Assembly: GCF_964213995.1 (NCBI RefSeq)
Contig: NC_135808.1
Coordinates: forward strand, 32,426,001-32,490,000
DNA: 64,000 nt
Direction of reading: 5' to 3'
Origin: Mustelus asterias
Lineage: Eukaryota
The first letter of the stretch is position 1, and each line of letters opens with the position of its first letter. The notes under the pieces are model-generated. The model ran no database searches, was not told the DNA's origin, and saw only the letters and a list, made by a program, of their open reading frames with translations. A program made the position numbers and the translations under genes. Shown one piece after another: positions 60,477 through 64,000 of the stretch.

Positions 60477-62450
60477 GCTGAGACCCCCTTCACACAGCCA
60501 ATTGGCACAGTTCCTGCAGAGACCCCCTTCACACTGCCAATTGGCACAGTTCCTGCAGAGACCCCCTTCACACTGCCAATTGGCACAGTTCCTGCAGAGA
60601 CCCCCTTCACACAGCCAATTGGCACAGTTCCTGCAGAGACCCCACTTCACACAGCCAATTGGCACAGTTCCTGCAGAGACCCCCTTCACACTGCCAATTG
60701 GCACAGTTCCTGCACAGACCCCCTTCACACTGCCAATTGGCACAGTTCCTGCACAGACCCCCTTCACACTGCCAACTGGCACAGTTCCTGCAGAGACCCC
60801 CTTCGCACTGCCAATTGGCACAGTTCCTGCACAGACCCCCTTCACACTGCCAACTGGCACAGTTCCTGCAGAGACCCCCTTCGCACTGCCAATTGGCACA
60901 GTTCCTGCAGAGACCCCCTTCACACTGCCAATTGGCACAGTTCCTGCACAGACCCCCTTCACACTGCCAATTGGCACAGTTCCTGCACAGACCCCCTTCA
61001 CACTGCCAACTGGCACAGTTCCTGCAGAGACCCCCTTCGCACTGCCAATTGGCACAGTTCCTGCAGAGACCCCCTTCACACTGCCAATTGGCACAGTTCC
61101 TGCAGAGACCCCCTTCACACTGCCAATTGGCACAGTTCCTGCAGAGACCCTTCACACTGCCAACTGGCACAGTTCCTGCAGAGACCCCCTTCGCACTGCC
61201 AATTGGCACAGTTCCTGCAAAGACCCCCTTCACACTGCCAATTGGCACAGTTCCTGCACAGACCCCCTTCACACTGCCAATTGGCACAGTTCCTGAAGAG
61301 ACCCTTCACACTGCCAATTGGCACAGTTCCTGAAGAGACCCTTCACACTGCCAATTGGCACAGTTCCTGCACAGACCCCCTTCGCACTGCCAATTGGCAC
61401 AGTTCCTGCAGAGACCCCCTTTCACACTGCCAATTGGCACAGTTCCTGCACAGACCCCCTTCACACTGCCAACTGGCACAGTTCCTGCAGAGACCCCCTT
61501 CGCACTGCCAATTGGCACAGTTCCTGCACAGACCCCCTTCACACTGCCAATTGGCACAGTTCCTGAAGAGACCCTTCACACTGCCAATTGGCACAGTTCC
61601 TGCACAGACCCCCTTCGCACTGCCAATTGGCACAGTTCCTGCAGAGACCCCCTTTCACACTGCCAATTGGCACAGTTCCTGCACAGACCCCCTTCACACT
61701 GCCAACTGGCACAGTTCCTGCAGAGACCCCCTTCGCACTGCCAATTGGCACAGTTCCTGCACAGACCCCCTTCACACTGCCAATTGGCACAGTTCCTGAA
61801 GAGACCCTTCACACTGCCAATTGGCACAGTTCCTGCAGAGACCCTTCACATTGTCAATTGGCACAGCTCCTGCAGAGACGCTTTACACTGCCAATTGGCG
61901 CAGTTCCTGCAGAGACCCCCTTCACACTGCCAACTGGCGCAGTTCCTGCAGAGACCCCCTTCACACTGCCAATTGGCGCAGTTCCTGCAGAGACCATTTT
62001 CACACTGCCAATTGGCGCAGTTCCTGCAGAGACCATTTTCACACTGCCAATTGGCACAGTTCCTGCAGAGACCCCCTTCACACTGCCAACTGGCGCAGTT
62101 CCTGCAGAGACCCCCTTCACACTGCCAATTGGCGCAGTTCCTGCAGAGACCATTTTCACACTGCCAATTGGCACAGTTCCTGCAGAGACCCCTTTCACAC
62201 TGAGAATTAGCATGATTCCTGCAGAGACCCCATTCACACGGCCAATTGGCACAGTTCCTACAGAGACCCTTCACACTGCCAATTGGCACAGTTCCTGCGG
62301 AGACCCCATTCACACGGCCAATTGGCACAGTTCCTACAGAGACCCTTCACACTGCCAATTGGCACAGTTCCTGCAGAGACCCTTCACACTGCCAATTGGC
62401 ACAGTTCCTACAGAGACCCCATTCACACTGCCAATTGGCACAGTTCCTGC
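60477..62450. repeat. 39-bp minisatellite (CTGCAGAGACCCCCTTCACACTGCCAATTGGCACAGTTC), ~50 copies, gene C intron 3
   Basis: Visible tandem units; 13-residue periodic ORFs on both strands. Confidence 0.96.
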
Positions 62451-62626
62451 GAGGCAGACACAAACTGGCGGTCTTGATGATTGAATGGTGGATCTGAAGT
62501 AGCATGCGAACTGAGCGGACCTCTCTGTTTCTGCCCTGCCTGCCTCCAAATACAGCTCATTGAACCGTTCTCCCATTCCATTCAGTGTGGGTTTATTGTT
62601 TGTGTTTTCACCCTTTCCCATTACAG

Positions 62627-62905
62627 TTCAGCCTGACGTCTTCATCTCCAGAAGTGAACCCAATAGTCAGTACAAGTCGCTCACTCTCTCCTGCCTGGTT
62701 ACTGGCTTTTATCCTGCAGACATCGAGGTGACCTGGCTAAGGAATGGAGAGGTAATGTCTGAGACACTATCCTCGGGGGTTCGACCGAACCACGATGGGA
62801 CCCATCAGATCCAGAAAGAGATTGAAATAAATGCTGGGGATGAGGATCAATACTCCTGTCAAATTGAACACAGCAGCCTGGCAGAGCCCAAGCTCCATCA
62901 GTCGG
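62627..62905 (+). CDS. Gene C alpha3 (Ig C1) exon (93 codons)
   Basis: CCCTTTCCCATTACAG acceptor, GTAAGG donor; C-x-TGFYP, W, PNHDGT, YSC-x-IEHSSL. Confidence 0.96.
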
Positions 62906-62938
62906 GTAAGGAACTGTACTGGATTCGTCTTCGCTGCT

Positions 62939-63860
62939 ATAAGACCACAAGGTGTAGTCGCAGCATAGGCCATTTGGCCCATTGAGTCTGCTGTGCTATT
63001 CAATGATATCATGACTGATCTGATATGGAAATCCTCAACTCCATTTTTCCACCTGATCCCCATAACCCTAGATTCCCTTACTGATTAAAAATCTAACTGT
63101 CTCAACCTCTCCTCATTAGAAAATATCTCCATTCCTGGGATTAACCAAGTGAAGCTTCTCTGAACTGCCTTCAATGCCTCCATAACGGGATGAAAACTGC
63201 CCACAATATTCCAGGTATAATCTAACAGAATGAGGTTCAAAGAATCCCTACAGTGCAGAAGGCGGCCATTTGCTCCATCGAGTCTGCACCGACCACAATC
63301 CCACCAGGCCCTATTCGCGTAACCCCACATACTTAACCTGCTAATCCCCTGACACTCGGGTCAATTTAGCCAATCCACATAACCTGCACATCTTTGGGCT
63401 GTGGGAGGAAACCTGAGCACCCAGAGGAAACCCACGCAGACACGGGGAGAATGTGTAAACTCCAAATAGACAGTGACCCGAGACCGGAATTGAACCCAGC
63501 TCCCTGGCGCTGTGAGGCAGCAGCATGAACCACTTTGCCACCGTGCCACTAACGAGAGCCTAGTGTAGTTTTAGCAAGACTTCCGTATTTTTAATATTCC
63601 ATTTCCTTTGAAATAGAGACCAACATTCCATTTGCTTACCCTATTACTTGCTGAACTTCTTTACTAGCTTTTTGTGATTTATGTACGAGGACCCCTAAAT
63701 TCCTCTGTGCTGCAGATTTCTGCAGTCTTTCTCTATTTAAATAATATTCAGCTCTTTTATTCTTCTTACCAAAGTGCATAACTTCACATTTTCCTGCATT
63801 ATTTTCTGTCTGCCAATTTTTTTCACATTCACCGAACTAGTCCATATCCCTCTGTACACT
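62939..63860 (-). mobile_element. CR1 fragment with nested SINE (63240-63548)
   Basis: ALKAVQRSFTWLIPGME; reverse-complemented SINE. Confidence 0.85.
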
Positions 63861-63864
63861 CTTT

Positions 63865-64000
63865 GGGCCCGATTTCACCATCATGTTGCACCCGTTTTCA
63901 GGCACGAAAACTTGGTAAAGTCGGGCATGAGGCGAGTCATGTGATCCGCGCCCGTCTCCGCGCCAGTTTCCCCTTTACCAAGACCCGAAAATGCATTTGC
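63865..64000. mobile_element. Possible terminus of a Harbinger-type non-autonomous element
   Basis: Starts GGGCCCCGATTTCACCA with an internal inverted copy TGGTAAAGTCGGGC; truncated by the window edge. Confidence 0.4.

Noticed and set aside
60423-62497. Long periodic ORFs and a CRISPR-like appearance
   Set aside because: Head-to-tail 39-bp units with no unique spacers and no cas genes; ORFs are open on both strands only because the unit lacks stops

Overview
Vertebrate genomic DNA, most likely a shark: inferred from the repeat mix of CR1 LINEs with esterase ORF1, tRNA-derived SINEs with CR1-like tails, Penelope and Harbinger remnants. Most of the window is transposon-derived. Hidden among the repeats is a cluster of three MHC class I-like genes, which I reconstructed by hand from splice sites and phases; the ORF track only shows fragments. 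Gene A (minus): leader 10890-10941 and alpha1 864-1124, remainder off the left edge. Gene B (minus): leader 40943-40994, alpha1 39735-39995, alpha2 32533-32808, alpha3 31777-32415 (disrupted by a 360-bp SINE insertion), TM 30923-31033 and a cytoplasmic exon 29782-29814. Gene C (plus, head-to-head with B): leader 45489-45540, alpha1 46789-47049, alpha2 57688-57963, alpha3 62627-62905, TM presumably off the right edge. They look nonclassical: neither alpha2 exon in the window can form the C101-C164 disulfide, and most N-terminal peptide anchors are lost. Yet all three keep an S-X1-X2-Y promoter module with identical 16-bp S-X spacing. The exons have very different histories: identical leaders, ~98.6% identical alpha3, ~48% amino-acid identical alpha1. 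Also present: a full-length but dead Gypsy element with a self-complementary PBS-position sequence, three solo LTRs, a two-gene Harbinger remnant, hammerhead-like Penelope ends and four intron-confined minisatellite types. All counts are manual and repeat boundaries are approximate.
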